Shown here: positions 16,536 through 26,300 of the stretch, in pieces | Layout of the letters: each line of letters begins with the position of its first letter | Position numbering within the stretch: position 1 is the stretch's first letter | From: Microbacterium sp. | GTDB lineage: Bacteria > Actinomycetota > Actinomycetes > Actinomycetales > Microbacteriaceae | Assembly: GCF_047606685.1 (NCBI RefSeq) | Contig: NZ_JASGEC010000060.1 | Span: 9,314 to 73,313, forward strand | Direction of reading: 5' to 3' | DNA length: 64,000 nt | Translations under genes and position numbers: made by a program | Notes under the pieces: generated by a model | The model's database searches: none | What the model was told of the DNA's origin: nothing | What the model saw: the letters and a program-made list of their open reading frames with translations, nothing else

Positions 16536-18128
16536 ATGACGTCCGTCGACGACGCCGTCTCGGCGTCCACCTTCACTTCTGCGCCGGCGGCGGCTTCGAC
16601 CACCGCGTCGCCGGGCGCGTTCGCGCCGATCGCGGCGCCGCGCACGGACGAGACGCCGGTCGTGCCCGGCACGCAGGTCGCACCGCGCGTCACGCCGACG
16701 CTCGAGCGCCGCCAGATGTGGGAGCGGCGGTACCGCCGTCGCCTGCGACTGACCGACACGCTCATCGTCGCCGCGTCTACGGTCGTGACGGCGGTCGTGC
16801 AGCACCAAGTGCTCGAGCCGGCGGTGCTCGCGGCCGACCCATGGATCCTGGCCCGCATTCCTGTCCTCGCGGCGGCGACGTGGCTGCTCGTTCTCGCGCT
16901 GTTCAGCACGCGCGACGCGCGCCTCATGGGCGCAGGCACCCGGGAGTACAAGCGCGTCGCGCACGCCACAGGGCTGGCCTTCGGCATCCTCGCGATCGCC
17001 TTTGTCGTCTTCCAGTGGCAGGGCATTCGCATGCAGCTGATCATCGCCCTGCCCGTGGGCCTGATCGGCCTGCTGTTCGGCCGGTGGGCGTCCCGCCGGT
17101 GGCTGCTGCGCCAGCGGAAGTTCGGCCACTACGTGTCGCGCGCCATCGTGGTGGGCCGCTCCGCCGACGTCGAGCACGCCATCCGCACTCTTCACCTCGA
17201 TGCGGCGAACGGCTACGTCGTCGTCGGCGCGACGCTCGACGACGACCACACCGGCGAAATCGTCGTGGACGGCCAGCCCTTCGCAACCGTGGGCAGCCTC
17301 AACACCGTCGCGCAGTCCGCCAACGAGCTCGGCGCCGACGCCATCATCGTTGCGAGCCAGCCCGACAACGACCCCGACTTCGTCAAGCGGCTGAGCTGGC
17401 AGCTGGAGGGAACGGCCGCCGAGCTGGTGCTGTCGAGCCGGTTGGTGGATGTCGCGGGCCCGCGCATCTCGCTGCGCCAGGTCGAGGGCCTGCCGCTCAT
17501 CAACGTCAAGATCCCGACGTACGAGGGCGGCCAGCACCTGCTCAAGCGGGCGCTCGACATCCTTGTCGCGACGATCGCGCTCATCTCGATCGGGCTGCTG
17601 TTCCCGTTCATCGCGCTCGCGATCAAGCTCGACTCGCGCGGCCCGGTGTTCTTCCGCCAAGAGCGCGTCGGCCGCGACGGCCGCCGGTTCCGGATGGTGA
17701 AGTTCCGCTCGATGAAGACGAACGCCGAGCAAGAGCTCGCGGCGCTGCTCGAAGAGAACGAGGGCTCGGGCCCGCTGTTCAAGATGAAGCACGACCCGCG
17801 CGTCACACGCGTCGGCCGCTTCCTGCGCAAGACGTCGCTCGACGAGCTGCCGCAGTTCTGGAACGTGCTCGTCGGCGACATGAGCGTCGTCGGCCCGCGC
17901 CCGCCGCTGCCGAGCGAAGTCACCGCCTACGACGGCACGGTGTTCCGCCGCCTGTACATCAACCCGGGCATCACCGGCCTGTGGCAGGTCAGCGGCCGCA
18001 GCGACCTCTCGTGGGAGGAGAGCGTGCGCCTCGACCTGCGCTACGTCGAGAACTGGTCGGTGATGAGCGACCTGCAGATCATGTGGCGCACCGCGAAGGT
18101 CATGGTGCGGCCGAACGGCGCGTACTAA
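16536..18128 (+). CDS. Polyprenyl glycosylphosphotransferase (WbaP/CpsE-type priming sugar transferase)
   Basis: It has N-terminal TM helices and a central Rossmann-like region. The C-terminal bacterial sugar transferase domain contains KRALDILVATIALI, GPVFFRQERVGRDGRRFRMVKFRSM, DELPQFWNVLVGDMSVVGPRPPLPSEV and RLDLRYVENWS. Confidence 0.92.
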   Translation: MTSVDDAVSASTFTSAPAAASTTASPGAFAPIAAPRTDETPVVPGTQVAPRVTPTLERRQMWERRYRRRLRLTDTLIVAASTVVTAVVQHQVLEPAVLAADPWILARIPVLAAATWLLVLALFSTRDARLMGAGTREYKRVAHATGLAFGILAIAFVVFQWQGIRMQLIIALPVGLIGLLFGRWASRRWLLRQRKFGHYVSRAIVVGRSADVEHAIRTLHLDAANGYVVVGATLDDDHTGEIVVDGQPFATVGSLNTVAQSANELGADAIIVASQPDNDPDFVKRLSWQLEGTAAELVLSSRLVDVAGPRISLRQVEGLPLINVKIPTYEGGQHLLKRALDILVATIALISIGLLFPFIALAIKLDSRGPVFFRQERVGRDGRRFRMVKFRSMKTNAEQELAALLEENEGSGPLFKMKHDPRVTRVGRFLRKTSLDELPQFWNVLVGDMSVVGPRPPLPSEVTAYDGTVFRRLYINPGITGLWQVSGRSDLSWEESVRLDLRYVENWSVMSDLQIMWRTAKVMVRPNGAY

Positions 18129-18251
18129 TCTGACAGTCCAGCCGGTCGATTCGAGAGCATGAACGGCACCACGGGGCATGAGATTCGCCGCCGGGCGAGC
18201 TCAAAGGGCATGCCCGAGGATTGAGGGCAACGACGACGAAGGAGTTCTCCC

Positions 18252-19130
18252 GTGACGCCTCCGCCATCGCTCTGCGGCCGTGCGAAGCTTTCGCGTGCAC
18301 ACGCACGGCATCAAGCGGCACAGGGAGCAACCCTCCTCGTGGGCGTGCTCGCGATCGCGTCGTGCAGCAGCGTGAGTCCAACACCACCCTCTTCGCCCTC
18401 CACCGTGGGCCCAACAAGCAGGTCCACCGAGCCCTTCGACACCGACCTGACCATCGTGTTCAGCATGAGCTTCGACTCGGAGGCCGACCCTCTGCAGGTT
18501 GAGCCGGTCGGCACCGCCAAGGTGACGGAACAGTCCGTTTTCGGCGGGAGCCTGAGTTTGGTCGACTCCTACCCGGGAGGGGGAGTGGCCGCCGAATTCC
18601 CCGAGTTCAGCGAAGGCAACGAGGAACCTGGTGTGGGGCTTGTCGCCTCGCCCGGGGACAAGCTGTTGCCGGAGCCATCGAATGCTGAGTTCGGTTTCGG
18701 AGCGGACGTTCGTCTGCGCAGCGTCGAGTCCTCGGACGACGACAACGGGGACAACATCATTCAGCGTGGGCTCGCCGCCGACCCCGCGCAGTTCAAGCTC
18801 CAGATCGACCACGGGGTGCCTTCGTGCTCCGTGACGGGCGATGCCGGCCGGCGTCTCGTGAAGGGGGAACTCCTCGAAGAGGGCATCTGGTATCGCCTTG
18901 CGTGCGTACGAGCGACAGGCGCGCTCAAGCTGACCGTTTCCGCAGTCGGGGAAGATGAACTCAAAGAGTACGAGGTTAAAGGATCCACCGGCCGGGTCGA
19001 TTTCGTGGATGCGACTCCGCTGGCAATTGGACGGAAAGCGACCGGCGCGGGAGAGATCGTGATCAAGCAGCCCGACCAGTTCAACGGAACACTGGATTCG
19101 GTCTGGGTCGGAATAGACGACGAGCGGTAG
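18252..19130 (+). CDS. Lipoprotein with a LamG-like (concanavalin A-like lectin) domain
   Basis: The lipobox is LAIASC. The C-terminus has DNIIQRGL...QFKLQIDHGVPSCSV...WYRLACVR...AIGRK...QPDQFNGTLDSVWV. It is a paralogue of 27535-28380. Confidence 0.7.
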   Translation: MTPPPSLCGRAKLSRAHARHQAAQGATLLVGVLAIASCSSVSPTPPSSPSTVGPTSRSTEPFDTDLTIVFSMSFDSEADPLQVEPVGTAKVTEQSVFGGSLSLVDSYPGGGVAAEFPEFSEGNEEPGVGLVASPGDKLLPEPSNAEFGFGADVRLRSVESSDDDNGDNIIQRGLAADPAQFKLQIDHGVPSCSVTGDAGRRLVKGELLEEGIWYRLACVRATGALKLTVSAVGEDELKEYEVKGSTGRVDFVDATPLAIGRKATGAGEIVIKQPDQFNGTLDSVWVGIDDER

Positions 19131-19247
19131 CGGCGCATCTACCCCGAACAGACGGCATCCACAAAGGAGATCTCCAGCAGCCGGCGGCGAGGAGCCTTTA
19201 TACGTAGCCGGTTCGAGTAGCCTCGCGCGACCTGGCCGAGGGTTAAG

Positions 19248-22200
19248 TCATCCTTCCGGCCTCAAGGCAATCGAAAGAAGGAACGCCCGGTTTCCCGCGG
19301 TCTCGACAGAGGATGTGATCCCACCTGCAGTACCAGCCACCAGCGGACCCGAATCCGCCGCCAATGCGGTGATGTTCCCGCTGCCCGTACCCGCAGAACT
19401 CGCTCGAGTGCTCACCTCGCTGGGTGCGGTGAGAACGTTGGCAACGTTGCTCTTGACTGCCCAGTAGGAGACGAGGGTTCCGTTCTGCGCCGCCGTGACG
19501 TCTGGGGTCGTGTACGAACCACTCGACGCGGCCAACACAGACGAAGCTTCGACGACCGGGTTTGCGGCATCCACGCCCCGGTAGACGAGGAGCGTGGCGT
19601 CTGCCTTTACAGCCGACGATGACGTCGGTGTGAACGTTTTCCCGAGATCGGCTGCCGCAACGACCTTCACCCAAGCCTTGCCGGTGACGCCATTCGACTG
19701 AGAGGCCGCCACCTCGGTCCAACCCGTCGGGGCGGACACCGTGGCCGTTGTGGAGTTGCTGGCGAAAGTCATCACCATCAGATCGTCGACCTGCGCGTCG
19801 CTGGGCACCTTGAGCGGGTGGGTCGTGGCGTTGCGATTTGTCGAAACGGCGCCGACATAGCTGATCGAATCCGTGAGCTCCACGGGCGACACCGACGTGG
19901 TCAGCGTTGCCTGGGCACCCTGTGAGTCGGTGACGACCAGCGTGACATCGTAATCGCCGGACCCAGAGAACACATGCTCAACCTCGGCGCCGGCCCCCTG
20001 AGTGCCGTCCCCAAAGTCCCACGCGTAGTCGGCCAACGGACCGTCGGCGTCACTGGACTCAGAAGCATCGAATGAGCACGTCAATGAGTCGCACTCAACC
20101 GTGTACGCAGCAACCGGATCGGCGAACACATGCTCGACCTGCAGCGTCTGGGACGACTGCGCCGTCTGCCCCGCCGAGTCGGTAACCGTCAGCGTCACCG
20201 TGTACTCGCCGTCAGCCGGGAAGGTGTGGGACACTCGCTCGCCCGAGTCCGTTGTGTCATCGCCAAACGTCCAGGAGTACCCCGCCAATGCTCCTTCAGC
20301 ATCTGTCGAGGCCGACGCATCAAGCTCACACTCAAGGTTGGTGCACGATGCGGTGAATGCCGCCTCGGGCAGGGTGTCGACAAATTGCACCTGCTTCGAA
20401 AGCGTCGCAGTGTTCGTTGCGCCCATGTCGTCCGTGAGGGTCAACGTGACAGTGTACGTTCCAGACGCTGCGTAGGCGTGCGTCGGGTTCGCGTCAGTGC
20501 TCTTGGCACCATCGCCGAAATCCCAGCTGTAGGACACGATGCTGCCGCCCTCATCCGAAGATCCCGATGAAGAGAACGAACACGTCTGGTCCACGCAGTC
20601 GACGCTTGCCTGGGCGATAGGCGCGAAGTTCAAGGCCGCGCCTGCAACGCCTTGGTAGGCGAACAACGCAGACGCCTGCCAGTTCACGCCGTCAATAGCG
20701 GGCCCGGAGACAGTGGACACCGAGCCTGCAACAAACGCGCCGCTCTGCCATCCAACTCGGACAAGAGAGCCGTCCGCCTGTGCCAGGAACACCCAATCTC
20801 CCGCGAGGAACATTCCACGCACCTGCGACAGGTTCAGGCCCGTTACCGAGCTCAGCGAGTACTCTGCCGCGCCCACGACATCGTTCTCCGCCGTGAAGTA
20901 GCGCATCTTCAGCGCGGAATCTCCTGTTTGTGTGTAGTACATCCGGCCATTGTCGAAGAAGGCACCAGTGAGCTTCGCGGCGCTCGTGTGCCACGCTGTC
21001 AGGGTGACGAGTTGGTCGTGAGTGCTGACCGCAACGGGAGCGCCCCAGGTCGTTCCGTCGAAGGAGCGACGAGTGAAGCTCCCATCGGAGCCTGCCAGGT
21101 ACACATTCCCGTTCAGCATGAACGCCGCTCGAGTGGTCGACCAGTCGATGGCTCCGCTCGACTGTGCAGTCCTGCCCACGGTCGTCCCGGAGAACTCGCT
21201 CAGTCGCACGCCGGACGTCGACGGGTTCTGTCCGGCCGTGGGGCCAAGCATCACAACTCCGGCAGGCAGTGTGGGCGCGTTGGTGGCAGGCAGGTCTTTA
21301 CCGCCAGAGAGTGGGAAATATGCAATCCGCCCGTGGTATTCGTTGTTGCCAATCCGATCCGTGTCGGAACCGACCCACAGTCCGGTCTCGGTCGCAAGCA
21401 TGTCAAAAACGCCGACGCCGCGCGTGCGACCCGGATTCCAGCTCAGAGGCATGCCGTTGGCGGGGTCGAGAGCTGCAATACCGTCGCGTGCGACAGCACC
21501 AGCGCCAGCTCGGTCCGCGGCGAACGGGTTGTTCGCCCACCGGAAGTGCCCGCCAACGTACACCACGGAACCGGTCACCTCGACGGCGTACGTCGTGTCT
21601 CCACCGGTGGTGTTGATCCACTCCGGTGTGATGCCTGTCCCGCTACGACTCGTGTTAAATCGTGCTTGTGAATCGCACGGAGAAGTGGCACCGCGGTAGG
21701 CGCCGGTAGTGCTGACGACGAAGAAGCTGCCGTCGGGCGCGAAGTCGAGGTCGCGCATGTACGTGTCGAAGGATGTGGAGCAGGTCGCGGCGTAGAAGTC
21801 GGTCTGCCAGTTGGCTACGGCTGCTGTGCTGCCCGTGGCATCCAGCATGAAGATCTGCCGTCGGTCGAGTCCTCCAACAGTGAGGAAGTTCCCGATGCCA
21901 ACCAGCCGGCTGCCGTCGGCTGTCACGTCGATTTTGTTGACACTGGTTGTTCCGCCATTTTGCGTCCCCGCCACCGTCAACGCCATGTAACCGTCGGTCG
22001 CCCCCGACGTGGCGTTCAGTGTCGTCAGTTGGCCCTGCGCCGAACCAGACATCGAAGTGAATGCGCCGGCCACCCACAACCGGTCTCCAACCAGGCGCAG
22101 GTCCTTCACGATCCCATTACCGGCGACGTTGCGGAATCCGGAGGTGTTCGTGCCGGTCGCGATATCCACGCGCGCCAACTTGCGCCGAGTCTGACCTGCG

Positions 22201-22586
22201 ACCGTGTTGAAGCTGCCGCCAAGGTACACGCTGTTGCCGTCCGCGCTCGGGATGACCGTCGTCACCGTGTTGTCGGGCGAGGGGTCGAACGAGCTGATCG
22301 CACCTGTCGTAGCGTCGAAAGCGACAACGTTGCGCCGTTGATAAGTCTGCGTGCGCTGCGCGTCGCTGACCTGGGTGAAGCTTCCACCGAGCACGATCAG
22401 GTTCCCTACCTGCGCAATCGAGTTGACCTCGCCGTCCAGCACATGAGGAGTGTTGTTCGCTGGGTCGTCACTCACGACCTTCGTGTGGGTGACCTCAGCA
22501 GCAGTTGCCGAGGGGACCAATCCGATCGACGTGACGATCAACGCAGCGACTGTAGAAAGAATGACTGTGAAACGCCATCGACGCAT
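19248..22586 (-). CDS. Large secreted protein: signal peptide, beta-propeller-like repeats, second beta-rich region, 3 PKD domains, unnamed ~205-aa C-terminal module
   Basis: The signal is MRRWRFTVILSTVAALIVTSIGLVPSATA. The blades repeat as GGSFxxVxGxxRxxLARxD. Three PKD units carry the (Y)xWDFGDG...H(T/V)(Y/F)...G(T/E)YxVTLTVTD motif. The C-terminal module lies at 19248-19871. Confidence 0.8.
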   Translation of the reverse strand: MRRWRFTVILSTVAALIVTSIGLVPSATAAEVTHTKVVSDDPANNTPHVLDGEVNSIAQVGNLIVLGGSFTQVSDAQRTQTYQRRNVVAFDATTGAISSFDPSPDNTVTTVIPSADGNSVYLGGSFNTVAGQTRRKLARVDIATGTNTSGFRNVAGNGIVKDLRLVGDRLWVAGAFTSMSGSAQGQLTTLNATSGATDGYMALTVAGTQNGGTTSVNKIDVTADGSRLVGIGNFLTVGGLDRRQIFMLDATGSTAAVANWQTDFYAATCSTSFDTYMRDLDFAPDGSFFVVSTTGAYRGATSPCDSQARFNTSRSGTGITPEWINTTGGDTTYAVEVTGSVVYVGGHFRWANNPFAADRAGAGAVARDGIAALDPANGMPLSWNPGRTRGVGVFDMLATETGLWVGSDTDRIGNNEYHGRIAYFPLSGGKDLPATNAPTLPAGVVMLGPTAGQNPSTSGVRLSEFSGTTVGRTAQSSGAIDWSTTRAAFMLNGNVYLAGSDGSFTRRSFDGTTWGAPVAVSTHDQLVTLTAWHTSAAKLTGAFFDNGRMYYTQTGDSALKMRYFTAENDVVGAAEYSLSSVTGLNLSQVRGMFLAGDWVFLAQADGSLVRVGWQSGAFVAGSVSTVSGPAIDGVNWQASALFAYQGVAGAALNFAPIAQASVDCVDQTCSFSSSGSSDEGGSIVSYSWDFGDGAKSTDANPTHAYAASGTYTVTLTLTDDMGATNTATLSKQVQFVDTLPEAAFTASCTNLECELDASASTDAEGALAGYSWTFGDDTTDSGERVSHTFPADGEYTVTLTVTDSAGQTAQSSQTLQVEHVFADPVAAYTVECDSLTCSFDASESSDADGPLADYAWDFGDGTQGAGAEVEHVFSGSGDYDVTLVVTDSQGAQATLTTSVSPVELTDSISYVGAVSTNRNATTHPLKVPSDAQVDDLMVMTFASNSTTATVSAPTGWTEVAASQSNGVTGKAWVKVVAAADLGKTFTPTSSSAVKADATLLVYRGVDAANPVVEASSVLAASSGSYTTPDVTAAQNGTLVSYWAVKSNVANVLTAPSEVSTRASSAGTGSGNITALAADSGPLVAGTAGGITSSVETAGNRAFLLSIALRPEG

Positions 22587-22719
22587 GGCCGAACCCCCAG
22601 AACTCGAACGCGCATGGCACCCCCGGGCCATGCGTCCCCGCGATGAATATAGCGCTACGGTCGGCGTCTCCGCGACTGCAATGCCCGAACCTGAGTCAAA
22701 ACTGAGGCGTCGCGCCCAG

Positions 22720-23322
22720 CTAACGCGGGAACGAGACGGTCAGTGAATTGCCTTGGACCGCCACGGTGAAGGGCGTTTGAGCCGCCGTCCCGACCCCGAA
22801 GACAAGAGCGCCACCAAGGTTGGTCGCCAGCAGCACTTGGCGGATCGCCGGCAAGTCATACGTCTCGTTGGTGATGACTTTCTTGGGGATGGTGCCGTTC
22901 TTTCCCGGCACGGAGTTCGTGAACGATACGGTGAGCACTGCCGAACCGTCGAGCAGGACCACATCGTCGTCGGAACGCAGGAGCTTGTCGACGTAACGAA
23001 TGTCATAACCCGGCACAGCGCGGTCCGCGAAAGCGAAGGTCAACGTGTCCGCCGCTCCGCTTGACGCCACCTTCACGGACATCAACTCCCCCTTCGCGTC
23101 GCTCTTCTCGACGCGCGGTGCCACACTCGTTTCGGCAGGTGGCACCGGCTCCAGAGTCGGCGCCGGCGTGATAGTGGGGATCGGGGCCGGCGATGAGCTT
23201 TCCGTGTCGACGGTCACGGATGATGCTGCAGTCTGAGGTGTCCCCGTGCACGCCGTCAACCCTAGACAGAGCGCGACGAATCCCGCAGCGACCCCGAAAC
23301 GCATCCTGTGCGCAATAGGCAT
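22720..23322 (-). CDS. Lipoprotein of unknown function between the two giant paralogues
   Basis: The lipobox is LGLTAC, followed by a Thr/Pro/Ser linker and a ~120-aa beta-rich domain. I did not recognise any family. The start is chosen at MPIAHRMRF. Confidence 0.55.
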   Translation of the reverse strand: MPIAHRMRFGVAAGFVALCLGLTACTGTPQTAASSVTVDTESSSPAPIPTITPAPTLEPVPPAETSVAPRVEKSDAKGELMSVKVASSGAADTLTFAFADRAVPGYDIRYVDKLLRSDDDVVLLDGSAVLTVSFTNSVPGKNGTIPKKVITNETYDLPAIRQVLLATNLGGALVFGVGTAAQTPFTVAVQGNSLTVSFPR

Positions 23323-23381
23323 GTCAACCCTCCCACCACGACCGGCTCCGCCAGTCTTCCACCGGTCTCTGCTGTACCAGG

Positions 23382-26300
23382 TCAACCTGCGGGGTTGAGG
23401 ACGAGGGAGAGGAGGAACGCCTTGTTGCTCGCTGCCGTCGCGGTCGCCGTGACACCACCGGCTTGACCACTCGACAAGGGGCCGGAATCAGCCGCCAACG
23501 CGGTGATGTTCCCGTTCGACGAGCCTGACGACGACGCGCGCTCTGTCACACTCTCCGGAGCCGTCAACGTGTCCGCGACATTGCCCTTCATCCCCCAGTA
23601 CGACACCAGAAGCCCGCCCGACACGCCAGCGACCTGCGGAGTCGTGTGCGTCGTGCCACTGACGGACTCGAAAGCACTCTCCACCGCCGCAACCGGGTCG
23701 GCGCTGTCTACTCCGCGATAGACGAGGAGCGTCGCTGCAGCCTTCACTGCCGAAGACGATGTCGGCGTCACCTGCCCGCCAAGGTCGCTGGCAGTTGCGA
23801 CCTTCGTCCACGCCCGACCGGTCACACTACCCGTGGACGACGTCGCCGCAGCCACCTCCGTCCACCCCGCCGGAGCCGACACGGTCGCCGACGACAAGTT
23901 GTTCGTGTACAGCAGCACCATCACATCGCCGACCTGGGTCGCGGCAGGCACCGCCGTCGGATGCGTCGTAGAGTTCCGGTTCGACGTCGCCGAACCCACG
24001 AACTCGATCACAGCAGACACCGTGGCGACCTCGACGGTCTCGGTGACCTCCGCAGTCTGGCCCGCCGAGTCCGTCACCGTCAGCGTCACGTCGTACTCGC
24101 CGTCCTCCGCGAACGTGTGCGACACCTCCGCGCCAGACCCGTCCGACCCATCCCCGAAGTCCCACGCGTAATCCGCGATCGAACCCTCCGCGTCAGACGA
24201 CCCCGACCCATCGAAAGAGCACACCAAGCTCGCACACGACACCTCGAACGAACCCGTCGGCAACCCATCGAGGAAGTCCACCGACTGCGTCGTAGACGCA
24301 GAGCCCGTGGCGCCGTCATTGTCGGTGACTGTCAGCGTGATGCTGTAAGTTCCCGCGGCTGCATAGGTGTGCGATGGGTTGGCCTGTGTGCTCGTCTCGC
24401 CGTCACCGAAGTCCCACAGGTAGCTCGCGATGCTGCCGCCCGCATCGCTCGAACCGTCCGACGTGAACTCACAGGCCTGGTTCTCGCACTCCACACCGAT
24501 CTCCGCCGTGGGCGGGTAGTTCGGAACGGAGCCGTCCGCCGACTGGTAGGCGAACAGCGCACCAGCAAGCCAGTTCTTTCCGTCGATCGCCGGACCCGAC
24601 ACGGAGGTGGCGCTTCCCGACACGAAGGCGCCGTCCTGCCAGCCAACCCGAGTAAGGGAGCCGTCAGGCTGCACCGCGAAGACGAAGTCGCCTGCCAGGA
24701 ACATCCCGCGAACCTGTGAGAGGTCTAGCCCCTCGATCGATTCGGATGCGACGTACTCTAGCGCGCCCACCGCGTCGTTCTGAGTTGTGAGGTAGCGCAT
24801 TCTGAGCGAATCGTCACCCGATTGCGTGTAGTACATCCGACCGTCGTCGTAGAAGACACCCGTGATGAGAGACACGTTGGTGTGCCAATCGCTCAGCGAC
24901 ACAATCTCGTCTTGGGTGTCTACCGAGACGGCATCGCCCCAGGTGGTTCCGTCATAGCTGCGACGAACGAAGTCGCCATTCGAGTAGGAGAGGTACACAT
25001 TCCCATTGAGCATGAACCCGCCACGCACACCAGTCCAGTCCCCCGCTCCGGCGACGTCGACGGTTTGACCAACCTCATCGCCGGAGAACTGCGTCGTCCG
25101 CACCCAGGTTGCCATGTCGACGGCTTCCACGTCCGTTCGGATGATCTCGATCGCGTTGACCAGGGGATTCTCCACGACGTGTCCGAAGTCGATGTTCACC
25201 GTGCCATCGCTCACGAGCTCGACCGAGCGCATGATGCCGATGTCGGTGCCGCCGGCCGCGGCGACAATGTCGAAGTCGTCCAGCACCAAGGAGCCGTCGA
25301 CGCTCACGTCAAAGACACGGTCACCTTCCTCAGCAGTCCCGGAGTAGCGGTTGGCGAAGTACAAGCGGACCTCGATGGGCGCCCCCTCCTCGACAGGCAA
25401 TGCCCATTGCATCTCGGGGGATCCGTCGTCATCCCATCGCTCCTGGTCGAACACTGACACGGGAGTACCAGTCGGCACCGACTCGTCGAGGGACACACTT
25501 GGGTCATAGGTGGCGACGTTCGTTCCACCAACACGGACGGAACTCGTGTCGGCTGTGTCAGCCGCCCAGTCCGGCCCTGAGTCCGATGAGCTGACCAAGG
25601 GGCCCGCTGCGTTGATGCGATACAGCACCGGGGACTCCGAAGCATCTGCCTTGGGCGCCAGCGAGATGATATTGGTAGGCAGAGACGGGGCCTCAGCCAC
25701 CGGGACGGTCGTCCCCCCGGCCAGCGGGAAGAACGCAACTCGGGCGTGGTACTCGCCCCCGATCCACTCGGTGTCGGAGCCGACCCACAGGCCGGTGTCG
25801 GTCGCCAGCATGTCGAACACACCCACGCCGCGATCACGGCCCGGGTTCCAACTCAAAGGCATGCCATTCTCGGGGTCTAGTGCCGCAATCCCCTCGCGGG
25901 CAATCGCGCCGGCACCCGCGCTGTCTCCGGAAAACGAGTTGTTCGCCCAGCGGAAGTGGCCACCCACATAGACGGCAGTTCCGGTGACCTCCACCGCGTA
26001 GGTGGTGTCGCCGCCGGTCGTGTTCAGCCACTCCGGGGTGACGCCGCTCCCCGTGCGATCGGTGTCGAATCGCGCTTGAGTGTCGCACGGCGATGTTGAG
26101 CCGAGGTATGCGCCTGTCGTGGTGACGACAAAAAAGCTGCCGTCGGGCGCGAAGTCAAGATCGCGCATGTAGGTATTGAAGGATGAGGAGCAGGTCGCGG
26201 TGTAGAAGTCAGTCTGCCAGTCAGCCAGCGCCGCTGAGTCGCCGGAGATATCGAGCATGAAGATCTGCTGTCGGCTCTGACCGCCAACGGTGAGGAAGTT

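Noticed and set aside
16370-18179. 587-aa (+) and 573-aa (-) ORFs overlapping the priming glycosyltransferase
   Set aside because: They are alternate-frame and antisense ORFs with Arg/Pro-rich nonsense translations. The 16536-18128 frame carries the full bacterial sugar transferase signature.
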